A stretch of 64,000 nucleotides of DNA from Candidatus Lokiarchaeum ossiferum (GCA_025839675.1 CP104013.1:3169121-3233120); one strand, 5' to 3'; numbered from the stretch's first letter, positions 27,279 to 37,473 are shown. Program-made: numbers and translations. Notes: generated by a model not told the origin, from the letters alone.

Positions 27279-28301
27279 ATGAACAATACATATAAAATTG
27301 AGAATTATAAAATCTGTCCTGAATGTCATGGAAGTGTTATTAAAAATCTCCACGAGAATGTTTGTGTCGAATGTGGGTTAATAATAAACGATTTACAATT
27401 GATGGATAGTTACCAATATAACGAAATAAAGAATACTGATTTATCTGCAGGAGATCAATTCGTTTCAATAGGAAAGACGATCGACAATGTTTGCACTTTA
27501 GGTAGCCATATAGGATATTACTCAAGTAATTCTTTTTTTGATCACAGAAATATGATATTACCTTCTGCTCAACAAAAAAAGTTTCGTAAATTAAAAAAAC
27601 AATATTCTTTACCGATTAAAATAAAAAATCATGAAACAGATTATAGAATACTTGGCATTTTAAACAGAATAACTCAGTATATGAATTTATCAGATAATGT
27701 TAAAAATCGTAGTGCCTATTTTTATCAATCCATAAAAAAAAAAGCAACCAACATTAGAAATCATGTATCATTAATCGCATTTTGTATATATTATTCATCT
27801 CGAGAATTTTCACAGAATGCTCCAATCAGTATTAAAGAAATTTGTAAGGTTTTTACAATTATGGGCCATAGAATCAATCCAAAATTAATTATTAGAGATA
27901 GCATCACCTATAAATGCTTTATTATGAAAAATGAAAAAATAAATCGACCTCATAAAAGTGAAGACTATATTAATAGGTTTGTAAATTCAATAGTTAATTC
28001 TTCTGAAATATGTGTTCGGATGAAGAAAAAAGGGATTTCATGGACAAAGGAAGAATATAAAAGAAAATTAGAAACAAAATGCAACTCAACACTTAAATTA
28101 CTCGATCTGAATGTTCGAAGAGCAAGAAATCCATTTATTTTAGCGGGAGCAGTAATATATTGTGCTGATAAATTGATTGCAAAAGAAAATAATACAAAAA
28201 CAATTTTAACCCAAAAATCAGCGTCAAATGCAATGGAAATAGCAGAATATTCAATTAGAGATCATTACGTGAAGATTCTAAAGCCCATTTTTTTCCCTTA
28301 A
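27279..28301 (+). CDS. tfb: Transcription factor B (TFB/TFIIB)-like
   Basis: The N-terminal Zn ribbon is CPECHGSVIKNLHENVCVECGLII. The length (340 aa) and helical repeat regions are consistent with TFB cyclin folds. The sequence is divergent. Confidence 0.6.
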   Translation: MNNTYKIENYKICPECHGSVIKNLHENVCVECGLIINDLQLMDSYQYNEIKNTDLSAGDQFVSIGKTIDNVCTLGSHIGYYSSNSFFDHRNMILPSAQQKKFRKLKKQYSLPIKIKNHETDYRILGILNRITQYMNLSDNVKNRSAYFYQSIKKKATNIRNHVSLIAFCIYYSSREFSQNAPISIKEICKVFTIMGHRINPKLIIRDSITYKCFIMKNEKINRPHKSEDYINRFVNSIVNSSEICVRMKKKGISWTKEEYKRKLETKCNSTLKLLDLNVRRARNPFILAGAVIYCADKLIAKENNTKTILTQKSASNAMEIAEYSIRDHYVKILKPIFFP

Positions 28302-29629
28302 CACCCTATCAATGAGTGATTTATAAAATCTATAATTTTTAGAGATTTTTTTTGTCCCAGTTTCGCCTCTTTGCAAAGAACAGGTACGTAATACAGATTT
28401 CTTCCCATATATGGATATTTTTGGTCTTTTTTGAATTCATTAACAAAAACTTCACCTTTCCAGTTCAGCCAACTATGATTTTTCTTTTTTGAGTAATTTA
28501 AATAAACTTTAGATAAATCTTGAGAGCGTTTTTTTATTATTTGACTAGGTAGCTGCTTTAATTTTTTTGCATCAGTATTAGGTCTAACCGTATATTTTGA
28601 AATATTTAAAACTTGAGGTTGCCACTCAGAAATGAATTCTTTTGTTTTTTGATAATCATTTTCTTGTTCAGTAGGATAACCGACAATAATATCTGTTCCG
28701 AAAGAAAAGAGTGGATCAAATTTTTGAAATTCTTTAATAATCGAATCTACTTGTTCGATTGAATAATGCCGACGCATATTTGATAAAACCATATTACTTG
28801 CAGATTGGATAGGGATATGAAGAAACCGATAAAACCTAGGATCATTAAAAATTTCTTTAAATTCAGTTAAGTTATTTATTAGATAATCAGGATTCAACAT
28901 ACCCAAACGTATCAGAAATTCTCCTTCGATTTTAGTTATGGCATTCAATAAATCATGCAACTTCTTTCCTTCAAACTTGTAATTACCCAAATCTTGACTT
29001 GTAAAGAAAAACTCTTTTACTCCAGAAAAAGCTAACTTGGAAACTTGAGCAACAATATTGTCAAAATTGAATGAAACTAAATTGCCTCTTGCGTTGGTTG
29101 TGCAACAATAAGTACAATGGTTATTGCATCCTTCAGAAATTTGAATAATTGCGGATTTTTTACCGTAGGATGAAAAATCGATATCGAGACATGATTTATC
29201 TCGCATGGGAGTAAATTTTTGGTCGATTTTTTCTGAATTTCCACCATTCTTAATAATATCAACAATATTTCCTATTTTATGCGGATGCAATATGAATCCT
29301 TTTGGTTTAATTAATTCAGTTATTAGATTTTCAACTTTTAAATCAATCAAAGGTAAACATCCTGTTATAATAAAACTCTTATCTGGATAAGTAGATACTA
29401 ATTTTCTTATTTCAGAGATAATTTTTATTTCAGTAGAATGCTTTACGGCGCAAGTATTAATTATCACATAATCAGAATTTTCGAGAGTTTCTTTATAAAA
29501 ATGATGATCATTCATAATTTGTGCAATTTTTAATGAATCTCCAGCATTAAAAGTACAACCATAAGTATGGATACAATAAGAACTAGTTTGTGTAGAGCTC
29601 AAAAGTTTCACTTTCATTTGTAAATTCAA
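28298..29629 (-). CDS. Radical-SAM methylthiotransferase (MiaB/RimO family; archaeal MtaB-like)
   Basis: The N-terminal MTTase domain has Cys residues (YGCTFNAGDS...). The radical-SAM motif is SEGCNNHCTYCCTT (CxxxCxxC). It has a C-terminal TRAM-like region. Confidence 0.8.
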   Translation of the reverse strand: MNLQMKVKLLSSTQTSSYCIHTYGCTFNAGDSLKIAQIMNDHHFYKETLENSDYVIINTCAVKHSTEIKIISEIRKLVSTYPDKSFIITGCLPLIDLKVENLITELIKPKGFILHPHKIGNIVDIIKNGGNSEKIDQKFTPMRDKSCLDIDFSSYGKKSAIIQISEGCNNHCTYCCTTNARGNLVSFNFDNIVAQVSKLAFSGVKEFFFTSQDLGNYKFEGKKLHDLLNAITKIEGEFLIRLGMLNPDYLINNLTEFKEIFNDPRFYRFLHIPIQSASNMVLSNMRRHYSIEQVDSIIKEFQKFDPLFSFGTDIIVGYPTEQENDYQKTKEFISEWQPQVLNISKYTVRPNTDAKKLKQLPSQIIKKRSQDLSKVYLNYSKKKNHSWLNWKGEVFVNEFKKDQKYPYMGRNLYYVPVLCKEAKLGQKKSLKIIDFINHSLIGC

Positions 29630-29673
29630 TTCAAAATAGATGATAATTTAAAAAACCATTATTAGATAATTAG

Positions 29674-29751
29674 TGGTGCTTCGACCGGGATTCGAACCCA
29701 GGTCTCAAGGGTGAGGGCCTTAAATGCTTGACCAAACTACACTATCGAAGC
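29674..29751 (-). tRNA. tRNA-Glu (anticodon CTC), CCA encoded
   Basis: The reverse complement reads GCTTCGATAGTGTAGTTTGGTCAAGCAT-TAAGG-CCCTCAC-CCTTG...CCTGGGTTCGAATCCCGG-TCGAAGC-ACCA. Its architecture is very similar to the intron-containing tRNA at 910..1017. Confidence 0.7.
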
Positions 29752-29797
29752 TTATATATAGTGACTCTAATTTTGGATAATTTAAATCATTTATGTT

Positions 29798-30190
29798 TCA
29801 GAAATCCCTTTTTAAATTTTTAAGGTTTTTTAATTTAGATATTATCTCCAGCGAACTATTAATATTCTTCAGAATTTGGGCGATAGACACATTATCATCT
29901 AAATTATCCAGTTTTTTTGATAACTTTAGTATTAAATTTGAAAAAATGTTATTTAAATCATAAAAATAACCTGAATCCTTTGAATTTTCATTTTCTTTAC
30001 TATGAATTGCAACAGAATTTCGTTCAATATTTGTTGATGATTTAATTGTATCTGAACAATTTGGACAAAAAATTGTACCAGTTTTGAGCCTAAACAAAAT
30101 TTTACCACATTTCGGGCATTCTTTATCTAGCATCGTTGCTCCATTCCGAAGCAATTTTGCCATATCTTTTACAATTCTATCACTATTCAT
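29798..30190 (-). CDS. Zn-ribbon protein (Sjogren/scleroderma autoantigen-1-like, UPF0148-type)
   Basis: The ribbon is CPKCGKILFRLKTGTIFCPNCSD, followed by a C-terminal coiled region. The family assignment is from memory. Confidence 0.45.
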   Translation of the reverse strand: MNSDRIVKDMAKLLRNGATMLDKECPKCGKILFRLKTGTIFCPNCSDTIKSSTNIERNSVAIHSKENENSKDSGYFYDLNNIFSNLILKLSKKLDNLDDNVSIAQILKNINSSLEIISKLKNLKNLKRDF

Positions 30191-30206
30191 TTTAATCGAA
30201 TTTCAA

Positions 30207-30407
30207 TTACTCTTCATTAGCTTTTTGATTTTTCATCAAATGTGAAATATATCCGGCAATTCGGTTTCTTACTAATTTTGATTGAATAACGGTATAACGT
30301 GGTAGTAGTTTTTTATTTTCTTCAAAATCTTTCTTAAAAACTTCTGGATATTTTTCAATTAATTCTTTAGAGACTTTTTTAATAAAAACGGGTCTTACTT
30401 TCCCCAT
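30207..30407 (-). CDS. rps17e: Ribosomal protein S17e
   Basis: The sequence MGKVRPVFIKKVSKELIEKYPEVFKKDFEENKKLLPRYTVIQSKLVRNRIAGYISHLMK matches S17e throughout. Confidence 0.8.
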   Translation of the reverse strand: MGKVRPVFIKKVSKELIEKYPEVFKKDFEENKKLLPRYTVIQSKLVRNRIAGYISHLMKNQKANEE

Positions 30408-30660
30408 TTACATCACCTAGTTATTCTAAAATCATAAAAAAATTTGAACTTTGTGATTCACATATTAAAAAGAAGAAAAATAATATTATTAAAAAAACAG
30501 TTGCGTTGATGCGCAGCATGAAAAATAAAGAAATATTCCAAAATAAGAAATTCAATGAAATTTTGCACAGTATGATTGAGAGCTTACTTTTTAGAGTTAA
30601 AATCAAGTCAAAATTCCCACTTATCCCTCCAAAAAAAAAGGTGTTGTTTTAATAATTACT

Positions 30661-33600
30661 TTGAAAAAATTTTTGATGAAAAAAAAAATTTTTTTCTACA
30701 TCTTATTACTCACAATATTAATCAAAAATTTTGAAATGGTAGATGCATGGATATTCCCAGCTCCTCCTGCAATTATGACAGATAAGCCATGTTACTTTCC
30801 AGATGAAAATATCAATATCACAGCTGAATGGAATCTTTATTGTGATAATAATTCAATTTTTGAGATAAAAATTTTATTTTTAGAGAACCAGCCAAATAGT
30901 TATAGTTCATTAAATACCATGTTTTCAAGTAGCTTGACAACCATACCAATTCCAACCAATGATTCATCGCTACACGATTTTGAACAAGTTTCTTATTTCA
31001 CAACAGTTCTAAATTCATCAGAATTATTCAATCTTTCATTTGAGAATACAAAAGAAATTTGGGTCACATTAATCTTCTATTTATGGATTGGAGGAGAAAT
31101 AAATGCTGCTTCATTAATAAAAACATTTTGCGAAATTAGTTTACAAAAATATGAACCATCCTTTCAAAATTCATTGTCCAATTATAGCTTCGAGATAGGG
31201 GATAACTATCTATTAAATAATACGATTTTAGCATCTGAAAATAGCAAAAAAATGTATCCTACTAAGGAAGTATTGTGTATTATTACCAATGAAATCACAT
31301 GTTTATCAAAAAATATGAGTTCATTAATCCAAGATGGCCAATTAACGCTTAATATCTCAAAATTTGGACAATTATCGGTTGGAACTTATAATATTACATT
31401 TATTCTAGACTTTACCAAATTCTTTTGTAATTCAAATTTAACATTAATTATGAATATCAAGGCAAAATATGTTGAGATATCTTCCTTAAACAGTACCAAT
31501 ATCCCGATGTCGTATGATATAAAATTTTTCTTTGATTTTCAACTATTAGATCAATGGGGAAAATCGTTTATAATTGAGAATTTCACTTGGTTATTCAATA
31601 GTGATTTAAATTGGAGCGAGTGTGAAATATTAGAAGATTTTTATCGTATTTATTTTGAATTTCCAAAAATCGAAGGTGAATATTATATTAATCTAAGTTT
31701 AGATAATTTCGAATATAACGTCCAATCTTACAGTAAATATTTCCATTTCTATAAAGAGGAAGTTGATTTAAATTTGTACTTAAGAAATATCACTTTAAAT
31801 CAAGAAATATCATTTTTAGTTGAGGAAAATTTGGGTTTTTCCTTGGAAAGCATAGAAAAATCCAATTTAAACTTGGAATTCTTTGATGGGGATATTTGGA
31901 TATCTATCGACTATAATATTATTGAAAAATATCCATCTATTATGAAAATTGTAACTTCATGGTCTATTTTTGAAAATTTTCCTCAGTTTTTACAAAATTC
32001 GTATTTTTATTCCCGAATAACGTTTCTTGGTAATGAAGTACTGCTTTCTGCAACTTCTAATATACTTACGATTAACCTCCCAATAATTAATTTTACTGTC
32101 AACTCAACATCAATCATTCTGGGACAAAAAATTCAGTTTCTTTTTGAGAATTATAGCATTTACCATCCAGAATCATATTTTTGGGATTTTGGGGATGGAA
32201 TAGGATATTCCACAGAAATAAATCCTGTTTATCAATATTTATTCCCTGGAAATTACTCAATTACTTTGACAACATTGAATTTTGAGGGTTATAATAATAC
32301 ATTTAATAGAGTTGGTTATATATTGGTAGATGAGGATAGAATACCTTTAGCAAAATTTGAAATCAGTCAAAATTTAACTATTCAAAATGAAACCATTGAT
32401 TTCATATTTACTGGTGATGAAGGAAATGGACCTTGTACGTATTTATGGGATTTTGGAGATGGTTTTTCTTCAAATGAAAAAAATCCAACGCATAGGTACA
32501 ATACACAGGGCAATTATTCTATTTCCTTAACTATAATTGACTGTAATCACGATTCAAGCCAAATTATTAAAAATGATCTAGTTGGAATATTATTCGACGA
32601 ACTGCCAATTGCAAATTTTTGGTTCAAAAATGAAATTTTAATAATTAACCAAGAAATCCTGTTTTTTTATAATGGGACGATTGGTAATGGAAATGAAACA
32701 TATCTATGGAATTTTGGGGATGGAACATTTTCAATGGAAAAAAATCCAGTTAAAACTTATAATAATACGGGAAGTTATTCAATTAGTGTTGAAGTTACAG
32801 ATTGTGATGGAGATACAGATCTAATTATTCAAAATGAGATAATTAATATTGAAACAGACATATTTCCTATTGCAGATTTTAATAGTTCAAACCAATCATT
32901 TTTGACAAATGAAGAAATCTTCTTTTTTTTTAATGGAACAGAAGGAAATGGTGTGAATTTATTTGAATGGAATATCGGGAATTTAATTTTTCATGAAAGA
33001 AATCCGATAGTCGTTTTCAATGCCTCTGGATCTTATTCAATCAGATTAAGTATCATTGATTCCAACGGAGATAAAGATTCTATACAAAAAGACAACTTTA
33101 TTATTATTTTAGAAGACTTGGTTCCAGAAGTTGATTTTTTTTGTCCAATAAAACAAATAGTTGCAAATGAGGATGTTCAATTTTTTTACAATGGAACAAT
33201 TGGTAATGGAAATGAAACTTATATGTGGAATTTTGGGGATGGAACATTTTCTACGGAAAAAAATCCTGTAAAATGCTATAATAATATTGGAATTTTTTCA
33301 ATTAGGGTTGAAATTACAGATTCTGATGGAGATACAATGTTTTTACAAAAAGATGACTTTATAATTATTTTAGAAGACTTTCTTCCAGTAGCGGATTTCT
33401 ATTGTTTACAAAATAAAATTATAGGTGGAGAAGAAGTTCAATTCTTTTATAATGGGACAATGGGAAATGAAAAAATGACTTACTCTTGGGAATTTGGAGA
33501 TAATACATCCAGTAATGAAGAAAATCCAAAAAAAAGGTATTCAATTCCTGGAAACTACACAATTAAACTTAAAGTGACTGATTTCGATGGGGATATAAAT

Positions 33601-34800
33601 TTCAAACTATTATCAAATTATATTGAAGTTTTACCAGACTATTTTCCAGAAGCAGAATTTAATTATTCACAAAATACAAGTATCGCTGGAGAAAGTATTC
33701 AATTCATGTTTACTGGAAGTTTAGGAAATGGGAATCTTACTTACTATTGGAAATTTGGAGAGCATCTTAGTTCATCCTTATCAAATCCGATTATTTCGTT
33801 TGAATATCCAGGGATTTATTCTGTTTTTTTACAAATCATGGATGAAGATGGAGATATTGGAACATTGACAAAAGAAAACGTGGTGAACATTATTCCTGAT
33901 ATTCATCCTAAATCGAATTTTACTTGTTCACAAAATACAAGTATCGCTGGGGAAAGTATTCAATTCACATTTACTGGAAGCTTAGGTAATGGAAATCTTT
34001 CCTATTATTGGAAATTTGGAGAACATCTTAATTCGTCCTTACCAAATCCGATTGTTTCTTTTGAATATCCAGGGATTTATTCTGTTTTTTTACAAATCAT
34101 GGATGAAGATGGAGATATTGGAACATTGACAAAAGAAAACGTGGTGAACATTATTCCTGATATTCATCCTAAATCGAATTTTACTTGTTCACAAAATACA
34201 AGTATCGCTGGAGAAAGTATTCAATTCACATTTACTGGAAGCTTAGGTAATGGAAATCTTTCCTATTATTGGAAATTTGGAGAACACCTTAATTCGTCCT
34301 TACAAAATCCGATTGTTTCTTTTGAACATCCGGGAGAGTATTCCATATCATTGTTTATTTCTGATATCGATGGAGATATAGATTATTTAACTAAAAAGAA
34401 TTCTATAAATATTTATCCCGATCTAAAACCTATTGCACACTTCTATTTTAATAGTTCATCATTTGTCACTGGGAAGGGCATCCAGTTTTATTTTAATGGA
34501 ACAAATGGTAATGGAAATATAACTTGGACCTGGAATTTTGGGGATGGGAGCATTTCTAAAGAAATTAATCCTATTAAACAATATGAAAAACCAGGAAATT
34601 ATGTTGTTTCTATTATTGTTGTAGATGATGATGGAGACAAAGATATTTTTAGTTTAAATATAGATATCAAAAGAGATAATTGGATTGAAATCTTTCCGTT
34701 TTCGATAATAACGAGCGTTATTGGAACAATTTCAATTCTTACCAGAAAATATTGGAAGAAAAAAATTAAATTGGTTGCTCTAAATTCAATTAAGATTTAA
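30661..34800 (+). CDS. Large surface protein (1379 aa): signal peptide, ~480-aa unique N-terminal region, ~10-11 PKD-like domains, C-terminal TM anchor with KKK tail
   Basis: The N-terminus is MKKFLMKKKIFFYILLLTILI. Repeats of about 90 aa carry the PKD signature (FNGT.GNGN.TY.WNFGDG...NP...Y...G.Y.I.L.V.D.DGD). The C-terminus reads FSIITSVIGTISILTRKYWKKK. Confidence 0.75.
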   Translation: MKKFLMKKKIFFYILLLTILIKNFEMVDAWIFPAPPAIMTDKPCYFPDENINITAEWNLYCDNNSIFEIKILFLENQPNSYSSLNTMFSSSLTTIPIPTNDSSLHDFEQVSYFTTVLNSSELFNLSFENTKEIWVTLIFYLWIGGEINAASLIKTFCEISLQKYEPSFQNSLSNYSFEIGDNYLLNNTILASENSKKMYPTKEVLCIITNEITCLSKNMSSLIQDGQLTLNISKFGQLSVGTYNITFILDFTKFFCNSNLTLIMNIKAKYVEISSLNSTNIPMSYDIKFFFDFQLLDQWGKSFIIENFTWLFNSDLNWSECEILEDFYRIYFEFPKIEGEYYINLSLDNFEYNVQSYSKYFHFYKEEVDLNLYLRNITLNQEISFLVEENLGFSLESIEKSNLNLEFFDGDIWISIDYNIIEKYPSIMKIVTSWSIFENFPQFLQNSYFYSRITFLGNEVLLSATSNILTINLPIINFTVNSTSIILGQKIQFLFENYSIYHPESYFWDFGDGIGYSTEINPVYQYLFPGNYSITLTTLNFEGYNNTFNRVGYILVDEDRIPLAKFEISQNLTIQNETIDFIFTGDEGNGPCTYLWDFGDGFSSNEKNPTHRYNTQGNYSISLTIIDCNHDSSQIIKNDLVGILFDELPIANFWFKNEILIINQEILFFYNGTIGNGNETYLWNFGDGTFSMEKNPVKTYNNTGSYSISVEVTDCDGDTDLIIQNEIINIETDIFPIADFNSSNQSFLTNEEIFFFFNGTEGNGVNLFEWNIGNLIFHERNPIVVFNASGSYSIRLSIIDSNGDKDSIQKDNFIIILEDLVPEVDFFCPIKQIVANEDVQFFYNGTIGNGNETYMWNFGDGTFSTEKNPVKCYNNIGIFSIRVEITDSDGDTMFLQKDDFIIILEDFLPVADFYCLQNKIIGGEEVQFFYNGTMGNEKMTYSWEFGDNTSSNEENPKKRYSIPGNYTIKLKVTDFDGDINFKLLSNYIEVLPDYFPEAEFNYSQNTSIAGESIQFMFTGSLGNGNLTYYWKFGEHLSSSLSNPIISFEYPGIYSVFLQIMDEDGDIGTLTKENVVNIIPDIHPKSNFTCSQNTSIAGESIQFTFTGSLGNGNLSYYWKFGEHLNSSLPNPIVSFEYPGIYSVFLQIMDEDGDIGTLTKENVVNIIPDIHPKSNFTCSQNTSIAGESIQFTFTGSLGNGNLSYYWKFGEHLNSSLQNPIVSFEHPGEYSISLFISDIDGDIDYLTKKNSINIYPDLKPIAHFYFNSSSFVTGKGIQFYFNGTNGNGNITWTWNFGDGSISKEINPIKQYEKPGNYVVSIIVVDDDGDKDIFSLNIDIKRDNWIEIFPFSIITSVIGTISILTRKYWKKKIKLVALNSIKI
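33640..34450. repeat. Three near-identical ~270-bp tandem repeats (each one PKD domain) within the surface-protein gene
   Basis: Blocks beginning near 33640, 33910 and 34180 are almost identical at nucleotide level. The protein blocks FTGSLGNGNL(T/S)YYWKFGEHL...IMDEDGDIGTLTKENVVNIIPDIHPKSNFTCSQNTSIAGESIQF recur verbatim. Confidence 0.8.
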
Positions 34801-35143
34801 TTTAGAAAAAAAGAACGTTTATGGACTTTTTACCCGCTTTTTTGTATCATATAGATTGAGATATCCGACTTTTCGGGAGTCTCTTGCAGTTTCTCGACAA
34901 ACTAAATGCAAATTTTTCCCTTTCTTCAAGGATCTTAGTCGTTTCAATTCAAGGAAAACAAAATCTCAGGAAAATGCACCTTCATCGTTTTGATTACCAA
35001 ATCCGTTTCTATTCTAAGATTCTGATTTTCATCAATTTCTTACCTTGTTCGAGATTAAGAAGCGAAGTTTCTCATTGTTAAGTAACAATGTAAATCTCAA
35101 AATCCTAAACGTAAGTCTAATAATAGATGATGTTTAAAAAATT

Positions 35144-35166
35144 TCGACATTTTAATATAAAAAAAG
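35144..35166 (+). promoter_or_regulatory. BRE/TATA-like promoter (tttaatataaaaaaag) ~20 nt upstream of the pilin ATG, implying a leaderless or near-leaderless transcript
   Basis: An AT-rich TATA-like box sits at the expected distance upstream of 35179. Confidence 0.3.
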
Positions 35167-35178
35167 ATAAAAACAATA

Positions 35179-35379
35179 ATGAAAATTTTGAGAAAAATAA
35201 AAAATAAGATTCATTTACTTCTAAAAGATGAAAAAGGAGGGTCAATGCTCGAATCAGGTTTACTGATTGCATTAAGTTTGATTCTATTTCTTATGTTAAT
35301 AGGAATTGTAGGGAATGTTTATGATTGGATTGAGATTAAATTTTCTGAAGTGCTGAATTTTTTTGACTCTCCAATATGA
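35179..35379 (+). CDS. Flp/Tad-like archaeal pilin with class III (prepilin) signal peptide, 66 aa
   Basis: MKILRKIKNKIHLLLKDEKGG | SMLESGLLIALSLILFLMLIGIV has a charged N-region and Gly-Gly before the predicted cleavage site, then a hydrophobic helix with Glu at +4/+5. It is followed by tandem stops and a T-tract. Confidence 0.55.
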   Translation: MKILRKIKNKIHLLLKDEKGGSMLESGLLIALSLILFLMLIGIVGNVYDWIEIKFSEVLNFFDSPI

Positions 35380-35403
35380 TGATAAATCGAAAAATCATCA
35401 GAC

Positions 35404-35418
35404 ACATGTTATTTTTGT
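35404..35418 (+). terminator. Oligo-T tract (ttattttt) downstream of pilin gene, possible partial terminator
   Basis: A T-run lies immediately after the pilin stop codons and before the Orc1 start. Confidence 0.2.
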
Positions 35419-35448
35419 TGGCTGCCGACAAATTTCATATCAATTACT

Positions 35449-36675
35449 TTGAGCAATTGGGGAACAACTTTGAACAAAAATTACCTAGAACAACAATTTT
35501 ATTGCAAGGATTTATTTATTAATGAAGAATATCTCGATATAAATTATCTTCCAGAAGACATCTTGCACAGAGAACAAGAATTAATAATTTTATCAAAAAT
35601 TTTCATTAAATTAATAGAAAATCCTTTTAAAATAACAAGAAAATTGTTAATTCAAGGGGATGTGGGAATTGGAAAAACAGCGATAGCGCGTACTTTTGGA
35701 ATAATGTTGAAAAGAAGTGCGAAAAAACGAAATATAAAAATTGAAGTTGTACATATTAATTGCAGAAAAGAAAGAACACATTTTAAAATACTTCAACAAA
35801 TTTTATTGACACTATCGTATCCAGTTCCTAAAAGAGGTTTCTCTCCTCAAGAATTAATGACTATACTACAAGAATATCTTGAAAAGAATAAAATATATTT
35901 ATTCTTAGTATTGGATGAAATGAATCATATACAGAGCTCAGATTATGATTTGATATACGCTTTAACTAGATTAAATGATACTACAGGAAAAGATTCTTCG
36001 TTTCTCTCTTTATTATATATTGTTCGGGATATCACCCTTTTAAGAAATTTAGACGAATCAACCATCAGCACATTACAAGGAAATATTCTTTCTCTAAAAA
36101 AATATAATAAAATGCAAATAAATGATATTTTAGAAGAGAGAATTAATAAATCAATTCAAAAAGGAGTATTTCCATCTAAATTGACTATGATAATATCTGA
36201 AAAAATCGAAGATTCAGGAGATATTAGAAAGGGATTAAACATAGTGAGAAATGCAGTTAAAATAGCAGAAATCAAAGATAAAACAATAGTATCTTATGAC
36301 GAAATTCACCAAGCGATCAAAAATCTAATCCCAAGTCTACAGGATGATGCTTTGGGAATATTAAATATGCATCAAACAATTATACTTTTTTCAATTACTA
36401 CATACTTCATAGAAAATAAGGAAAAAAGAATTACACTAAATCAACTTAATCCTTATTATTTGAATACTTGTAAAAAATATGACCAATTGCCCAGAAAAAG
36501 CACTCAAATATGGCAAAATTTACAACAATTACGAAATTTGAATCTCATCAAAATTGTAACTATTTCTAAAAATATGAAAGGAAGGAAATCTTTTTGTTCA
36601 ATTAATGATATACCCCTGAACATTTTAAATGAAGAATTGAATCAAAAACTGAAAAATTTTTACTGTGGTAGGTGA
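35449..36675 (+). CDS. Orc1/Cdc6-family AAA+ protein with C-terminal winged helix (TTG start)
   Basis: N-terminal INYLPEDILHREQELIIL matches the initiator-type motif. Walker A is LLIQGDVGIGKTAIAR and Walker B is YLFLVLDEMNHI. YALTRLND...SLLYIVRD and KGLNIVRNAVKIAE follow, then a wH domain. Confidence 0.8.
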   Translation: MSNWGTTLNKNYLEQQFYCKDLFINEEYLDINYLPEDILHREQELIILSKIFIKLIENPFKITRKLLIQGDVGIGKTAIARTFGIMLKRSAKKRNIKIEVVHINCRKERTHFKILQQILLTLSYPVPKRGFSPQELMTILQEYLEKNKIYLFLVLDEMNHIQSSDYDLIYALTRLNDTTGKDSSFLSLLYIVRDITLLRNLDESTISTLQGNILSLKKYNKMQINDILEERINKSIQKGVFPSKLTMIISEKIEDSGDIRKGLNIVRNAVKIAEIKDKTIVSYDEIHQAIKNLIPSLQDDALGILNMHQTIILFSITTYFIENKEKRITLNQLNPYYLNTCKKYDQLPRKSTQIWQNLQQLRNLNLIKIVTISKNMKGRKSFCSINDIPLNILNEELNQKLKNFYCGR

Positions 36676-36678
36676 AAT

Positions 36679-36984
36679 ATGCTGATTGTAAAAAAAATGG
36701 TAAATACAGGTTTGTTTGAAGAAATTTTTTCCTCGAAAGGAAGAGCGAAGATAGTTAAGATCTTGGCATTAAGAAATGAAATGAATATTTCAAAAATTAT
36801 TTCCTTAGCAGGCACAAGCCATTCAAGTGCTGAATACCATCTGAATTTCTTAAAAACAATAGAATTTGTTAGAGAAAAAAAATTTGGAAGAATTCGGATT
36901 TTTGAATATCAAAATGATAATTTAGACGCTAGAGCTCTAAAAAATTTAATTCTATTTTGGGAACAAAAAAATGTGGAGTTATGA
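36679..36984 (+). CDS. Winged-helix (ArsR/TrmB-like) transcription regulator, 101 aa
   Basis: The motif ISKIISLAGTSHSSAEYHLNFLKTIEFVREKKFGRIRIFEY is an HTH plus wing. It is 3 bp after Orc1 and overlaps the next gene by 14 nt. Confidence 0.5.
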   Translation: MLIVKKMVNTGLFEEIFSSKGRAKIVKILALRNEMNISKIISLAGTSHSSAEYHLNFLKTIEFVREKKFGRIRIFEYQNDNLDARALKNLILFWEQKNVEL

Positions 36985-37441
36985 GAGCGAACAAATTTTA
37001 TTGTTATCATATTTTCTATTATTAGTAATAATTTCCATAGAAGATTGTGTTTTTGGAAAAATATTTAACTTTACAATTATATGGGGAATTCTCCTTCGAA
37101 TTTTCTTTTTTTTTTCTTATAATGAAAAAATCACACCTTCAATTGGAAAAATGTTTCAAAATTTTATTATTGTTATTATTTTTTTCATATTGTGGAATAA
37201 AAACATAATCGGTGGTGGAGATTTAAAGACGATTTTACTTTTCTTATTTTATATCTCTGCACATTCTAACAAACATACGATAATATTCCCATATCAACTA
37301 TTTGATAGAGTTCAATTTTTCATTTCTTTTTTTATGATAATATTTTTCTCAAAATTAATTCAAAAAAAAAAAAAACACTCTCCAATTTTCAAATTGGGGC
37401 CAATTTTTTTAATTTCAATGTCTATTGCAATTTTATTTTAA
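36971..37441 (+). CDS. Prepilin peptidase (A24 family; PibD/FlaK/TadV-like), 156 aa
   Basis: A polytopic membrane protein with Asp in SIEDCVF near the N-terminus and a second Asp in the conserved IIGGGDLK motif. This corresponds to the two catalytic Asp of PibD/FlaK. Confidence 0.6.
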   Translation: MWSYESEQILLLSYFLLLVIISIEDCVFGKIFNFTIIWGILLRIFFFFSYNEKITPSIGKMFQNFIIVIIFFILWNKNIIGGGDLKTILLFLFYISAHSNKHTIIFPYQLFDRVQFFISFFMIIFFSKLIQKKKKHSPIFKLGPIFLISMSIAILF

Positions 37442-37473
37442 TCGTTTTTTTTAAAGAATTTTAGAATGTAAGA

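Noticed and set aside
33600-34450. A possible CRISPR array suggested by regularly spaced repeats
   Set aside because: The repeats are ~270 bp and in-frame within a long ORF, encoding PKD domains. They are not short repeat-spacer units. No cas genes were seen.
34884-35081. 65-aa ORF in the pilin-upstream region
   Set aside because: It has low-complexity composition and lies in a GC-shifted noncoding region with repeated motifs. It is more likely regulatory DNA or RNA than a gene.
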